Shown here piece by piece: positions 9,700 to 20,901 of a DNA stretch of 64,000 bases (its first letter is position 1; every line of letters starts with the position of its first letter). The notes below the pieces were generated by a model, which ran no database searches, had not been told where the DNA came from, and worked only from the letters and a program-made list of their open reading frames with translations. The position numbers and the translations under genes were made by a program. Location: assembly GCA_963752255.1 (NCBI GenBank), contig CAVVXT010000019.1:384001-448000 (forward strand), written 5' to 3'. The DNA comes from Nitrososphaeria archaeon (GTDB lineage Archaea; Thermoproteota; Nitrososphaeria; JACIWG01).

Positions 9700-10968
9700 T
9701 TAGGCTGCAACCTTTTTCGAGGGCAGGAACAGCGAAGCCACCAGACCGAGAAGTGTCACAAGGGTGCCGATGGCGAAGACTGAGATGAATGACGGGTCGG
9801 AAGCAATGAAGTAACCAAGCACTACCGTCACGACTGCTCCGGCGAGATTCCCTCCCGTATTCATCATCCCAGCGACAGTGCCTGCAACCTTCGGTGTGAA
9901 CAGCTCGGTTGTCAGTGGCCACGCGTTGACTAGGCCTGACGTGAACGCCCAGAAAAGAGCGAGTAAGCCGATTGCGTACTGAAGTGGGATGGTTCTATAC
10001 AGGGCGATCAGGGAAGTGACTAAAGCTATAGTGAGAACCGAACCCAAGAGCGAATAAACGACAACCTTCCTGTGACCGATGCGGTCTCCCAGCAACCCGG
10101 CTAGAGGTATTCCCAGAAGTTGGGGTACAATCGCTATCATGGTGAAGAGAAACGCGGCCATTACATTGTCCATATTGTACACCTTCACGAAGTATAGTGT
10201 CAGCCACACACTGATGCTGGAGCCTCCTAAGAACCCAATGTAGACCAGGGTAAGGATGTACGGGGACAACGAATGCTTTAGGACGGATCCTGTCGATTCC
10301 CCATCGTTTTCTCTCTTTCTCGCCCCAGATAACTGTTCGGCAATTGGTGGAAGCCCGATGTCCTCAGGCCTGTTGTGCGTGAATCGGAATACTATAGGTA
10401 CGGCAAGTATTATGGGCAAGCCTACTAGCAGGAAGCTGGATTGAGCTGATGACAAGCCTAGCAGACGTGTTGTCCCGCCCACCAACAAGGGCATTGACAA
10501 GCTTGCCAATATCATGGCTACCTCTCCACCGGTGAATAGTATGGCGGTCTGAATTCCTCGTCTTGAGGAAGGGAACCATCGGGCGAGCATAGAATTTGCG
10601 GGGACAAGGATAGCCGCTGAACCCGCACCTATCAGAACTCTTATGATAATACTCAACTCTACGCTGGGTAGAAAGATACCGAAGAGCACAGCCCCCAGGG
10701 CCATAAGAAGCGTGCCGAAGGAGACCGTTGCCCTTGCCCCCAGCCATCGCTCGCTCACGTATCCAAATGGAATCTGCATCACCGCATATGACCAAACCAT
10801 GGCTGAGTTTATCCAGCTCAGGGTCGCAGGGTCCCAATGATAGGTAGTAATCAGAGCTGGTATGACGGTGGATATGTCTGAACGCTGGAACCAGTAGAGG
10901 AAATTGGCTAGGAATATGGCGCTCAACACGATCCACGAATACGGATAGGACTGCCTTCGCTGTTCCAT
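9700..10968 (-). CDS. MFS transporter
   Basis: about 12 TM; motif A-like GYVSERWLGAR and GLLGDRIGHRK; ARWFPSSRRG. Confidence 0.9.
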   Translation of the reverse strand: MEQRRQSYPYSWIVLSAIFLANFLYWFQRSDISTVIPALITTYHWDPATLSWINSAMVWSYAVMQIPFGYVSERWLGARATVSFGTLLMALGAVLFGIFLPSVELSIIIRVLIGAGSAAILVPANSMLARWFPSSRRGIQTAILFTGGEVAMILASLSMPLLVGGTTRLLGLSSAQSSFLLVGLPIILAVPIVFRFTHNRPEDIGLPPIAEQLSGARKRENDGESTGSVLKHSLSPYILTLVYIGFLGGSSISVWLTLYFVKVYNMDNVMAAFLFTMIAIVPQLLGIPLAGLLGDRIGHRKVVVYSLLGSVLTIALVTSLIALYRTIPLQYAIGLLALFWAFTSGLVNAWPLTTELFTPKVAGTVAGMMNTGGNLAGAVVTVVLGYFIASDPSFISVFAIGTLVTLLGLVASLFLPSKKVAA

Positions 10969-11478
10969 CTCTGCTACACTGGTATATCCACGCCTTCACA
11001 TAGTCTAGTCGACGCCGATATAAGAACGATGTCGCTTTCTTTCAGCTGCTTGACCTTCTCATCTATGGCATCAGAATCTTCCCCCTGCCAAACATTGTGA
11101 GCCATAGATTCCACATCAGTCTGCTTGAGGTACTCCATTATTAAATTTAGCACAATCAAAACGATTTGCAGCTTTGAAGTGATGACAGAAGAAGGAGCGA
11201 AGTCAAAAAGTATAGGACATAAAGCGTATAATAGTCAATTTCTAGTTGGTAAAAAATGGGAAGAATATATTGCAGACTTACAGCGTAGTATCTTTGCGGC
11301 CTAGCGAGGATCGAGTATCTAGAATCCTTCGGGTTAACTGTTAATCTAAAAAAATAGGACAGGATAACTTGGCGACTAAGATTTTTTTATGAAAAGTGCG
11401 CTGTTCAAAAATTAGAACAACATATCTTCCCCTAATTCTAAGAATAGCACTATATCTGTACCCACCTTACCTAAGGCC

Positions 11479-12648
11479 ATGCAAAAGATAAAGATAAGGT
11501 CTCAGGTTTTTGTGATAACAGTCATACTAGGTCTTACCATATTCGGTCTCAGCTCTCTGTCGTACGCTAACGCAGCTTCATACAACAACGTGCAGGTATT
11601 CGTCCAGACCAAAAGCAACCTCCCCGACTACTTCATCGTCTCCGCCTTCAACATGAGCGGTTACATGGTCGCCTCCTCCCAAAGCTACTATTCAGCAGCT
11701 TCCTTTGAACTTCCAAACGGACAGTACATATTCGCCGCCACAGCGGAGCAACAGTACTATTCCACCATCTACTATTCACCCACGCCAGTTAAGGCCACAG
11801 ACTTGAACTCAAGCTTAAACTCAAGCGGCTTAATGATCCCTATCGTTGCTCAAGAGCCGGTAGTGGAGTACGGTTACTCTCTGGTTCAGGTAGCTAACTC
11901 GACATCCATCACGATCTCGACCATGAATGCTACATCCCTTAAGACAAGCATGCTCACCGTCAAGGTCGCCTACGCCAACGGCACCGCTGCTGAGGGCGCT
12001 TCCGTCTCAGCGTCGATATTGGGGGGAAACTTTTGGGGTTATGGAGACAACGTTGTGATGTCGAATACCACGGATGCTGACGGCGTATCGACCCTTATCA
12101 TGCCCCAGGCGCCTGTTCAGGTTTACGCCTGGAGCTGGCTACCAGTGAACCTGCCGAACGGCCCGACGTCGGTTCAGGTCGTAGTTGGCGGTGAAAAGGT
12201 GAACGTCACCGTATACTGGCAGCCTATGTCCGTTGGATTGGCGGGTTCAGCCATAATAGTACCACCCGGGGCCGGTGCCTCGATAAGCCTGCGTGTACAG
12301 CAGTCCAACTACTGGGTAACGCCCTACGGGGTCCAAGGAACGGCGACGGCGACGGCAGCGATGGGAGGCGGGATGACTTCAGCCTCCGAAGCTGGCTCAA
12401 TCCCAGCCGCAGTATACCAGCAATCTCAGGGAATCCAGCAGGGGCAGTCCTCTCAGGTAGTCCTGCCGACGACGATTACATCCACGGTAACCTATTCAAA
12501 CCCCAGACCAACGACCTCTGATTTAGGCTCAGAATCCTCCAGCAGCCTCCTGACCGGAAGCTCGCTTCTTGTAATGATTGTGGCCGTTTTGGCCCTTGCC
12601 GTAGCGGTCTTGAGCATACTGTTAGTAGCGAGAATCAGGAGACAGTAG
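11479..12648 (+). CDS. secreted, C-terminally anchored surface protein
   Basis: signal peptide, beta-rich body, S/T/Q-rich linker, C-terminal TM plus RIRRQ. Confidence 0.75.
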   Translation: MQKIKIRSQVFVITVILGLTIFGLSSLSYANAASYNNVQVFVQTKSNLPDYFIVSAFNMSGYMVASSQSYYSAASFELPNGQYIFAATAEQQYYSTIYYSPTPVKATDLNSSLNSSGLMIPIVAQEPVVEYGYSLVQVANSTSITISTMNATSLKTSMLTVKVAYANGTAAEGASVSASILGGNFWGYGDNVVMSNTTDADGVSTLIMPQAPVQVYAWSWLPVNLPNGPTSVQVVVGGEKVNVTVYWQPMSVGLAGSAIIVPPGAGASISLRVQQSNYWVTPYGVQGTATATAAMGGGMTSASEAGSIPAAVYQQSQGIQQGQSSQVVLPTTITSTVTYSNPRPTTSDLGSESSSSLLTGSSLLVMIVAVLALAVAVLSILLVARIRRQ

Positions 12649-12665
12649 CAAGCGTCTTAGCCGAT

Positions 12666-12930
12666 CTACCTGAGGAATTCGGTCTCAACACTAATCGGGT
12701 TTATGGGTGCAGCGCCGACCAGATTCTACTAGTATAGCTGTAAGGCATAAGTTACGGCGCTAATAAGAGACGTCGCTAAAGAAAGGCCTCAGATCAGAAT
12801 CAAGAAAATATTGACAGCCTTCCCAGGTCTCTTGACTCCAACATAACCAATCAATCTCGTCCCAAGATATGCAAGCAAGACTCCGATGACAAGAAGCGCA
12901 ACCGCCAATAATACTGCATCAGTGCCTACT
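12666..12930 (-). pseudogene. degraded membrane-protein gene downstream of the ABC permease
   Basis: frame reads GTDAVLLAVALLVIGVLLAYLGTRLIGYVGVKRPGKAVNIFLILI*GLSLATSLISAVTYALQLY**NLVGAAPINPIS; stops at 12789, 12729 and 12726. Confidence 0.55.
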
Positions 12931-12966
12931 TAGGGACTCCAAGTACTTTATTCAGTCAAGATGTGC

Positions 12967-13704
12967 TTACTTCCACTTTGTAAGTATTTCCTCCCTGCGG
13001 AATGTGGCCGTGCTGATGCGGAACAGAATCAAATTAAGCGCTGCGAGAACAGCGGCGATGATGAGAAGATTGGTGGTGTCGAGTGATATCAGGCCTATCT
13101 CGCCAGCGAGGTAGATGCCCATGAAGGGGAGGAGCATGAGACCCCCGAGTTGCGATGCTGAACGTACGTCGTTGACCCTCGCGGAGGCGATCACACTCAT
13201 CTCGACGCTTAGTAGCGCTGCAAGAGGGGCGAGAATAAGGAGGATGAGACCAATGCCCCAATTAGGATAGTAAAGGTAGCCAAGCTTGCTGTAGGTAATG
13301 CTATCCATGAGCGCCATGAAGATTGTAGCGCCTGCGTAGGTAGCAACGATGGCAGGTAGGAATGCGGCGATGCTCTTTCCAAGCAGGATTTCTCCATCGG
13401 TGGTTGGAGTCGCCAGAAGTGGTTCCAGACTCTTCTCAACCTTCTCGCCGACTATACTATAGGAGGCGATTGGAGTAGGAATAATCGCCGGGATGATGAC
13501 GTAGAAGAAGGCGAACGCGTTCAGTAGCTGCGGGAGTGCCGCAGCTGGGATGCCCCCGCTTTTCCTTCCCGTGATCTCGATTATCAATGGGAAAAGAATC
13601 GAGAGCAGGAGAGGCAGGAGGACTGCCGTATAGATGACGGTTCTCTTCCGTATGAATGACTTTAGGTCCTTGGCTGCGATAATCCACGAATTTTCTAGGT
13701 TCAT
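12967..13704 (-). CDS. ABC-2 type transporter permease
   Basis: SIVGEKVEKSLEPLLATP, ILLGKS; ATGA overlap with the ATPase gene. Confidence 0.88.
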   Translation of the reverse strand: MNLENSWIIAAKDLKSFIRKRTVIYTAVLLPLLLSILFPLIIEITGRKSGGIPAAALPQLLNAFAFFYVIIPAIIPTPIASYSIVGEKVEKSLEPLLATPTTDGEILLGKSIAAFLPAIVATYAGATIFMALMDSITYSKLGYLYYPNWGIGLILLILAPLAALLSVEMSVIASARVNDVRSASQLGGLMLLPFMGIYLAGEIGLISLDTTNLLIIAAVLAALNLILFRISTATFRREEILTKWK

Positions 13705-14621
13705 TTTGTCTCCCTCACGAGCTTCAAATAGGCATCTTCCAACGTTGAACTGAGCACAGTAACGGATTGAACGTTGCCCCCTGCCCCGACAATTGCGCGT
13801 ACAATGTCCTGATTCTCCTTTTCAGGATTCACCACGTCAATCGTTATTTTGTTGTCATTACTGGTCATCTTCCCGATCGACAGCTTCTTCAACGCGTTCA
13901 AGATCGCATCATTCACCTGCTCCAGCTGAATTACGGTCTTCCTGCCCCCAATCGACCCCTCAAGCTCTTCGGGAGTGCCTACTGCCATCAGCTTGGTATT
14001 CAATATCCCAATCCTATCGCAGATTCTTTGCGCTTCATCGAGGTTATGCGTGTTCAGAAAGATAGTCTTCTTCTCCTTCTTTAACTCGAGTATGAAGTCC
14101 CTGACAGTTTTTGACGATTCTGGGTCTAGGTTGACTGTCGGCTCGTCCAAGAACAATACTTCCGGATCATGAATAAGGGCGCGTGCTATCGCAAGTTTTT
14201 GTTTCATTCCTTTGGAAAACGTTCCGGCCGCGACATCCTTTTTCTCCCAAAGCCCCAACATCTTGAGGAAGCGTTCGATGTTTTCTTTTCTTTGTGCTTC
14301 TGTACATTTATACAGCTTACCGTAAAAGTCCAAGTTTTCGTAGGCGGTCAGGTCATCGTAGAGGCCCACGTTGTCAGGAACCAGTCCAATGATCTTCCTG
14401 ATCTTCAAAGAATCTGCGTCGTTACCTACCTCGTAACTTGCTATCCTGGCCGTTCCGCTGGTCTTTGATATCAGGCAGCAGAGCATCCTGACGGTGGTGG
14501 TCTTCCCAGCTCCGTTGGGTCCCAGAAATCCAAAGACCTCCCCTTCCTCAACGCGGAGGGTCACCCCATCGACCGCGGTCAGGTCGCCGAACTTCTTGGT
14601 GAGGTTCTCCGTCTCGATCAT
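13701..14621 (-). CDS. ABC transporter ATP-binding protein
   Basis: GPNGAGKT, FSKGMKQK, FLDEPT, NTH. Confidence 0.92.
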   Translation of the reverse strand: MIETENLTKKFGDLTAVDGVTLRVEEGEVFGFLGPNGAGKTTTVRMLCCLISKTSGTARIASYEVGNDADSLKIRKIIGLVPDNVGLYDDLTAYENLDFYGKLYKCTEAQRKENIERFLKMLGLWEKKDVAAGTFSKGMKQKLAIARALIHDPEVLFLDEPTVNLDPESSKTVRDFILELKKEKKTIFLNTHNLDEAQRICDRIGILNTKLMAVGTPEELEGSIGGRKTVIQLEQVNDAILNALKKLSIGKMTSNDNKITIDVVNPEKENQDIVRAIVGAGGNVQSVTVLSSTLEDAYLKLVRETK

Positions 14622-15009
14622 AACGTTTCACCATTGCCTGAGCCCTGGCGGCGGCTAGATGGATAGTACCTTGGAAGCCGGTACGTGATTTGGCATACGC
14701 TGCCGTATTTAGAATACATAATCATGAAGTTATCCCAATCTCTTCCCATTATCCATAACCCATTATTAAATATCTATTATAACGTTTTGTGAGGATGATA
14801 GACAGGCTTCTTTTCAAAAGGATATAGAGTGCACATATAAAATTATATTCCACCAAAGAATACAAGTCGCTTTTTGAAAAAGCAGGATTGCAATATATTA
14901 AGAGTATAATTATTGGCTAGATGGGGTTTAGCGACAGTTCACATCGGTGAAAAATAAAAAATTTGGGTCTTTTCATGGCTATCAGTCCAACTGAAGCAAG
15001 GATGACATT

Positions 15010-15780
15010 TTACCGTAAGTAGTCTTCGATCCTATCTTGTGGTCTATATCCGAGCTTCTCCATGGTTTCAGATAAATCAAACATCTTATGGTCGTTATCG
15101 GAAACACCGTAAAAGATACCAAACTTCAGATCTGACTCTAAACTCCTGTAAATCAGCTGTGCCATATCGCGATTACTGATCCATATCCCAGCAAGCTTTT
15201 CGCCAGTATAGGTTATGTGGGTACGTTCTCCTGAAATAAATGGCTTAACGTAACTACTAGGATCCTCTAACCCAGGACATGAACCTATCCTTAGACAGAT
15301 GACCGACAGACCGAAGTTGTCAGCATAGTATCTTCCGAGTGCTTCACCAAAAACCTTGCTGACGCCGTAAAGGCTGTCAGGCCTTATCGGAGCCCCCGGC
15401 CCGACTTGGTCAAGTTCTTTTACAGAGAAGCCGCAGGCGTGGTTGGAGCTGGCGTACACCACCTTTTTCACTCCTACCTTTCGAGCAGCCTCGAAGATGT
15501 TATACGTTCCAACAATGTTTAAACTAAGAATGGAGTCCCAAGGTGCCTCAACCTTTGAGTCAGCAGCCAGATGTACGACCGCCTCAACACCATTCATAGC
15601 TCTTATAACTGAATTTAAGTCTGCTATATCCGCAGAAACAACTACTTCTCCCGGTAGAGCCTCCAAGACCTTCTTGTGGGACATTAACTTTAGGGAATAA
15701 TAGTCCCTGTAAGCTTTACAAAACGGTAAACCTACACGTCCACTGGCGCCAGTTACAAGGACCTTCATACCTCTTGACAT
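15010..15780 (-). CDS. NAD-dependent epimerase/dehydratase (uronate dehydrogenase-like SDR)
   Basis: TGASGRVG, VHLAA, ASSNH, YGVSK, LRIGS. Confidence 0.85.
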   Translation of the reverse strand: MSRGMKVLVTGASGRVGLPFCKAYRDYYSLKLMSHKKVLEALPGEVVVSADIADLNSVIRAMNGVEAVVHLAADSKVEAPWDSILSLNIVGTYNIFEAARKVGVKKVVYASSNHACGFSVKELDQVGPGAPIRPDSLYGVSKVFGEALGRYYADNFGLSVICLRIGSCPGLEDPSSYVKPFISGERTHITYTGEKLAGIWISNRDMAQLIYRSLESDLKFGIFYGVSDNDHKMFDLSETMEKLGYRPQDRIEDYLR

Positions 15781-16125
15781 TACCGTCGCCTTGAAAGAAA
15801 ATATCATTGCAGATATTTAACTCTTTTCATGAATAATAAAATAAACCGATTGATTTGATTCATTCCCTTATTTGTGTCAAGGATATGTATCTGAGTTACT
15901 GAGATGTGCGTGGGAATAGATAACAGAAAATTACCGAGAAAGGCTGTACAGGGGGCTGTAGCTAGCTCTAGCATTACCACTCTGAGCTCCTCATCGTGCC
16001 TCCCAGACAACGTAAATAAATCTGTATAAGCAAGTGGCAAGATTTAATATAAATTCAAAATAGCCTCACATGTTGCCATATCGATCGATATTTAACATAG
16101 CTAAAGGTATGATTAGGGTGATTAG

Positions 16126-17040
16126 ATGATTGAGGAGAATACTAGGGTAACCTTCTGTGATCAACTAACCAAGATCTATGAGAAGCAGCAGAGGAAGGCG
16201 CTTGACTCCGTCACCTTCTCTGTTCCATCAACCGGAATATTCGTCCTGATCGGGAGAAACGGTTCCGGTAAGACCACCCTCGTTCGAATACTTGCGACGG
16301 AGCTCGAACCGACGTCCGGAAGCGCAAAGATAAACGGGATAGACGTCGTGAGGGAGCCTAACAAGCTGAGAGAGAAGATCGCGGTCGTGCCGCAGGAGGC
16401 AAGGGCCATACCCTGGATGACGCCGATGGAGACGGCTTCATCGTATCTCCTCTGGAGGGGCTTCAACTTCGGGGAAGCGAAGCGAAGGGCCTCCAACGCG
16501 CTCGAGGAACTCGGGCTAGGCGGATACGCCAACACCCTGAACCGTAAGCTATCCGGCGGAATGAGGAGAAAGGCCCTGGTGGCTACCATCCTCGCATCGG
16601 AGGCGGAGATATTCTTCCTCGACGAGCCTACGACGGGGCTCGACCCGATATCGAGAAAGGAGCTTTGGGGTCTTCTCAGAAAGATCAGTAAAGAGCACTT
16701 CATCTTCCTCACAACCCACTATCTGGATGAGGCGGAGGAGCTGGCCGACAGGATAGGCGTACTGGATAAGGGCAGACTAATACAATGCGGGACGCTTGAC
16801 CAGTTGAGACACAGCGTTAACTACAACTACAGCGTAAAGATCCCAGCGAACCCCACGTCACCCATCCCCAGAGTGGAGGAAGGCGAGTTACTGGAGGGTA
16901 AAGACGGCTACAGGATACTAACAACAGAGGACGAGGCGTTCAGAATCTCGAGAGAACTCTCCAAGGGAGGATACAAATTCACAATAAACCCGGTTTCCCT
17001 CGACGACATATTCAGCTACATCGTGGACCAGGAGGCTTGA
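16126..17040 (+). CDS. ABC transporter ATP-binding protein
   Basis: GRNGSGKT, LSGGMRRK, FLDEPTTGLDP, TTH. Confidence 0.9.
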   Translation: MIEENTRVTFCDQLTKIYEKQQRKALDSVTFSVPSTGIFVLIGRNGSGKTTLVRILATELEPTSGSAKINGIDVVREPNKLREKIAVVPQEARAIPWMTPMETASSYLLWRGFNFGEAKRRASNALEELGLGGYANTLNRKLSGGMRRKALVATILASEAEIFFLDEPTTGLDPISRKELWGLLRKISKEHFIFLTTHYLDEAEELADRIGVLDKGRLIQCGTLDQLRHSVNYNYSVKIPANPTSPIPRVEEGELLEGKDGYRILTTEDEAFRISRELSKGGYKFTINPVSLDDIFSYIVDQEA

Positions 17041-17047
17041 AAATCGG

Positions 17048-17830
17048 TTGGAAACCAGAGATCAGTTGGAGGACGCAAACTCGACGATGAAACGGAATAG
17101 ATTCAGCCAGTTCATGGCAGCTATACTCGTGAATGCCATATACGAGATGAAGAACTTTCCTGTAGTCCTGATCAACACTATATTCTCCCCACTTTCGTTC
17201 CTGATTGTGATCGACTTTGTCAGCCGCGGCAGCCTCATCGGCGAGGCTATCGGAGGCGGGTTCATAATGAGCATGTTCGGGAACGGCATGTCGCTTATGG
17301 GCGACCTCTCCCACCTGAAGAACGACTTCAAGCTTCAGGACATGGTGGTCAGCTCGCCCACACCCTGGTACATCTACCTGATAGGAATGGCGGTCTCCGA
17401 GCTCGTTTCCTCCGTGCCGGCGCTCCTCGTACTCAGCGTACTCGCAACTCTATACATCCATCTAAGCATCACAAGCGTCCTCGAGTTCATTGCAATTCTG
17501 CTCATGATGTTCTTTACATCAATCTCAATCGGCTATACAATCGCAACGTTCTCAAGCGACATCATTAACGCAGGCGCCTTCTCCAGACTCAACTCCATGC
17601 TCTTCTCCACAATACCCCCCGTTTACTACCCCATCACATACGTCCCATATCCCTTTAGGTACCTTGCCTACCTCTCACCTACGACCTACGCCGCAGAGCT
17701 GTCTCAAAGCGCAACTGGCTACCTTTCACTGTCATTAGGAGAGGTAATCGTTAACTGGATCATCTTGATCAGCGTCACAGTTGCACTCCTCGTGATCGCG
17801 AGGAGTAAGGCAAGATGGAGAGAAATCTGA
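17048..17830 (+). CDS. ABC-2 type transporter permease
   Basis: about six TM, PVYYP...LSPTTY; follows the ATPase gene. Confidence 0.85.
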   Translation: METRDQLEDANSTMKRNRFSQFMAAILVNAIYEMKNFPVVLINTIFSPLSFLIVIDFVSRGSLIGEAIGGGFIMSMFGNGMSLMGDLSHLKNDFKLQDMVVSSPTPWYIYLIGMAVSELVSSVPALLVLSVLATLYIHLSITSVLEFIAILLMMFFTSISIGYTIATFSSDIINAGAFSRLNSMLFSTIPPVYYPITYVPYPFRYLAYLSPTTYAAELSQSATGYLSLSLGEVIVNWIILISVTVALLVIARSKARWREI

Positions 17831-17842
17831 TCGCTAAGACTT

Positions 17843-18529
17843 ATGAAATTGAATAGAAGCTTAAAATCTCCTTTAAAAATAAAATGCCATGTGCAAATAA
17901 AAGAATTTGTGAATGAATACGGTAAACCTTTTTCCGAAACGCTTGGGATTGATTTGAAATTGGGAAAGAACGAGGAGATTGTCAGATGGTTTCTTGCATC
18001 AATTTTATTCTCGAAGCCGATAAGGGAGAGTTCTGCTAAAAGAGCCTACTATTCTTTTGTCGAGCATGGCGTTGATAGTGTGAATGCAATTTTAGCTACT
18101 AAATGGCAAGGTTTGGTTGATATTCTGGACGAAGGCTCATACACTCGTTATGATTTCTCCACCGCTGACAAGCTTTTGAATGTTTTCGGGAATCTACAGA
18201 AATTTTATCAAGGGAACTTGAACAAACTTCATGAGGAGGCGAAGGATAGTAAAGACTTAGAAATCAAAATCAGAAAGCTTGGTAGAGGGATAGGCAATAC
18301 TACAATTTCCATCTTTTTGAGAGAAATGCGCTGCGTTTGGGCTAAGGCTGACCCAGAACCTTCGACACTTGTAAGGCTGGCGATGGAGGAATTGAAAATA
18401 AGTAATATTAGAGAAGTAGCAGAAAGGGATGATCTAGACTTAGTTAGGTTGGAAACGGCTCTGCTAAGGTATGGGAAGGATTTCCTGAGAAAAGGCAAGA
18501 GATTAGACATCCAAACAGGCCAACTGTAA
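17843..18529 (+). CDS. HhH-GPD / endonuclease III-related protein
   Basis: WFLASILF, LDEGSYTRYD, HhH-like GRGIGNTTISIFLRE. Confidence 0.7.
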   Translation: MKLNRSLKSPLKIKCHVQIKEFVNEYGKPFSETLGIDLKLGKNEEIVRWFLASILFSKPIRESSAKRAYYSFVEHGVDSVNAILATKWQGLVDILDEGSYTRYDFSTADKLLNVFGNLQKFYQGNLNKLHEEAKDSKDLEIKIRKLGRGIGNTTISIFLREMRCVWAKADPEPSTLVRLAMEELKISNIREVAERDDLDLVRLETALLRYGKDFLRKGKRLDIQTGQL

Positions 18530-19026
18530 ATTCGGTCGAACTAAAATCAGTCGTCAGTTTGATAAGGAAAGAGTACCAGCCGCTTCAGAACTTTAGAACT
18601 TGTTCTCTGATTTTTCTTTTACTTAATAATTTTATATCTCCATCTTGGCGTTAATTGACCTTACAATTATATAATTATGTTCTTTAGCTAATTTTCAATA
18701 AATATGAGGTTGCTGATATAGTTTCCTTATCTATTAAAATTGTTGGTTGTGGGGAGTGTTTGGAAGTGCAGTAAAGAAAAAGGAAGAGGTCTCGGCGAAC
18801 GTTATTTCTTCAGTAGACTTAAGATTCTACCCGCTACTCCGAGGATTAGACCTGATAGCCAGCCGCCTTCCTTTGTTCATAATTTGCGTTTAAACGGTTC
18901 TTGCATTCGTTGCACTCAATTCCATGGTCCTTTTGGGTATAAAGTTGAACAGAAGAAAGTTCGAATAATAGACAAAATACGTAAAAAGGTCCAATCAACT
19001 AAAATGTGCACTGGGAGAGGACTGCG

Positions 19027-19512
19027 TTGACAGGAATTAGAAGAAAGGATAAGGAAATAACGAACCTCGATGAGATGAAAAATATTCTCAAAACAGCCAA
19101 GTATGTAACCTTAGCGATGTGTTTGAACGATGAACCGTACTTGGTGACCCTCAGCCACGGTTATGATCAAGAGAGAAACTGCATTTATTTTCACTGTGCA
19201 GATGAAGGAAAGAAAATCGATATTCTAAAGGCAAACAGTCTCGTTTGGGGTCAAGCGCTTGTCGACCTAGGATATGTTCAAGGAGCATGTAAGCAGCTGT
19301 ACGCTACAACACAGTTTAGAGGCAGGGTAACTTTCTTAGTGGACTTAAACGAAAAGGAGCACGCGTTAAAGGTTATGATTGAATCATTAGACAAAGATCC
19401 AGAGAAAGTTATCGAAAAACAACTTAAGCCTGAGCGAATTCGAAAAGTGAGAATCGGAAGAATAGATATTGATTACATGAGTGGCAAAAAAGCCGATAAG
19501 GTGACAATTTGA
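19027..19512 (+). CDS. pyridoxamine 5'-phosphate oxidase-family (NimA-like) flavin-binding protein
   Basis: IRRKDKEI, PYLVTL, IYFHCADEGKK. Confidence 0.85.
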   Translation: MTGIRRKDKEITNLDEMKNILKTAKYVTLAMCLNDEPYLVTLSHGYDQERNCIYFHCADEGKKIDILKANSLVWGQALVDLGYVQGACKQLYATTQFRGRVTFLVDLNEKEHALKVMIESLDKDPEKVIEKQLKPERIRKVRIGRIDIDYMSGKKADKVTI

Positions 19513-19965
19513 ACGCTAATAGGGTTTAAACTCTTTCCAAAACGAGAAACCCGAGTGGAAGACGCGACGACCGCATAATTTGAACTCAACATTCTGGATT
19601 CAAATCTCAGGTATTTCCATATGCGCCGCATTTGGCTATTTGTGGGTATTAGACAAGAGAAATCGGGCGTCTACAGCTTGACTGATTTCCAAGGGGTTGA
19701 ATTAATTCTTAAGGTTGAGTGGATCTTAGATTAGTTTGAAGCTAATTTTTGTTAAATCTGGAGCTATCTAGCTAGTGATGACTTGTTAGTAAAGCGCGCT
19801 AAAATCATATATAATAGACATAGGTTATTAATTATCGGGTGTTTTGTCATGTTGGCAAAAGAAATTAAGGTGCTTGAACGTCGTCCCACCATTATTAGGC
19901 ATGACAGCATGAATAGTAGGCGTACTATTAAACCGCAATACGACAATGCATGGAGCTGTTAACGC

Positions 19966-20526
19966 ATGAATAAAGCATTGATTGTTTATGGAACCCGATA
20001 TGGAGCAACAGCGAGCACATCAGAAGAGATTGCAAACATACTCCGACAAGAAGGTTTGGAAGTCCGAGTAGTTAACGCAAAACAAGAAAAAATCAAAGAC
20101 ATAGCTGAGTATGATCTTATCATTGTTGGCAGTGGAATCCAGATGAAAAGGTGGACCAGTGAACCTGAAGAGTTCCTGAAAAGGTTTCAGAAGGAGCTGG
20201 CAGGAAAGAAAGTGGCACTATTCGTCTCCTGCGGCGCTGGCTGCCAAGCACTAAATGAAGGAAAACCCGACATGATTACTAAAGCCAGAGGAGAGTATCT
20301 TGAAGAAAAAGCCGCCAAGTATAATCTGCAACCCATCGCTTTGGGCTTATTTAGCGGCGTCTACAACTACAATAAAGTGCCATGGTGGGCCAAAAGGGCG
20401 CTGGAGGCAGGAAGGCCGAAGATAGAAGCTGCATATAAAGAAACACAGCCTGGAGTTTATGATACGAGAGACTTGGACGCCATCAGAATCTGGGCGAAAG
20501 AACTCTCCCAAAAAGTTCACAGTTAG
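19966..20526 (+). CDS. flavodoxin-domain protein (HemG-like)
   Basis: IVYGTRYGAT, YDLIIVGS, DTRDLDAIRIWA. Confidence 0.85.
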   Translation: MNKALIVYGTRYGATASTSEEIANILRQEGLEVRVVNAKQEKIKDIAEYDLIIVGSGIQMKRWTSEPEEFLKRFQKELAGKKVALFVSCGAGCQALNEGKPDMITKARGEYLEEKAAKYNLQPIALGLFSGVYNYNKVPWWAKRALEAGRPKIEAAYKETQPGVYDTRDLDAIRIWAKELSQKVHS

Positions 20527-20651
20527 GCAAAAATGCTCAGAAAAAATATACAGTAAGCTAAGCTGCCAAATCGACATAGACAAACAGATAATATGGGAAA
20601 TAATTACTTGTGATCTAAGCAATTATTTAAAATTTAAGCTAAGATTTAAAA

Positions 20652-20669
20652 GGTTCTGTTACCTCTGCG
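20652..20669 (+). repeat. IS6-type terminal inverted repeat facing right
   Basis: GGTTCTGTTACCTCTGCG, exact reverse complement of 27760-27777; GG(T/C)(T/A)CTGT start typical of IS6-family ends. Confidence 0.7.
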
Positions 20670-20901
20670 TGTTATAAATAGTCGGAAATTATCTTTCCAA
20701 TAAAATATGTTCCTGCAAGCGTCTAAACTTTACGATTTTTATTAATAGAATGTAGGATTTTTACTATACTTTAGGCTTATGGCATTTCTCACATTCGTAT
20801 AGCGTCTTTATCATAAGAACCTCCCTTCTGGCTGGCATTGACCCCACCTTTCCCTGCCTGGATCCTATCAAATGCTTGGAAATGGTATTGATGGAACACG
20901 A

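Noticed and set aside
12666-12930. Stop-codon recoding (TGA=Trp, TAG=Gln or Pyl)
   Set aside because: Each stop is one transition from TGG or CAG, many intact genes here end in TAG or TGA, and the gene is also truncated
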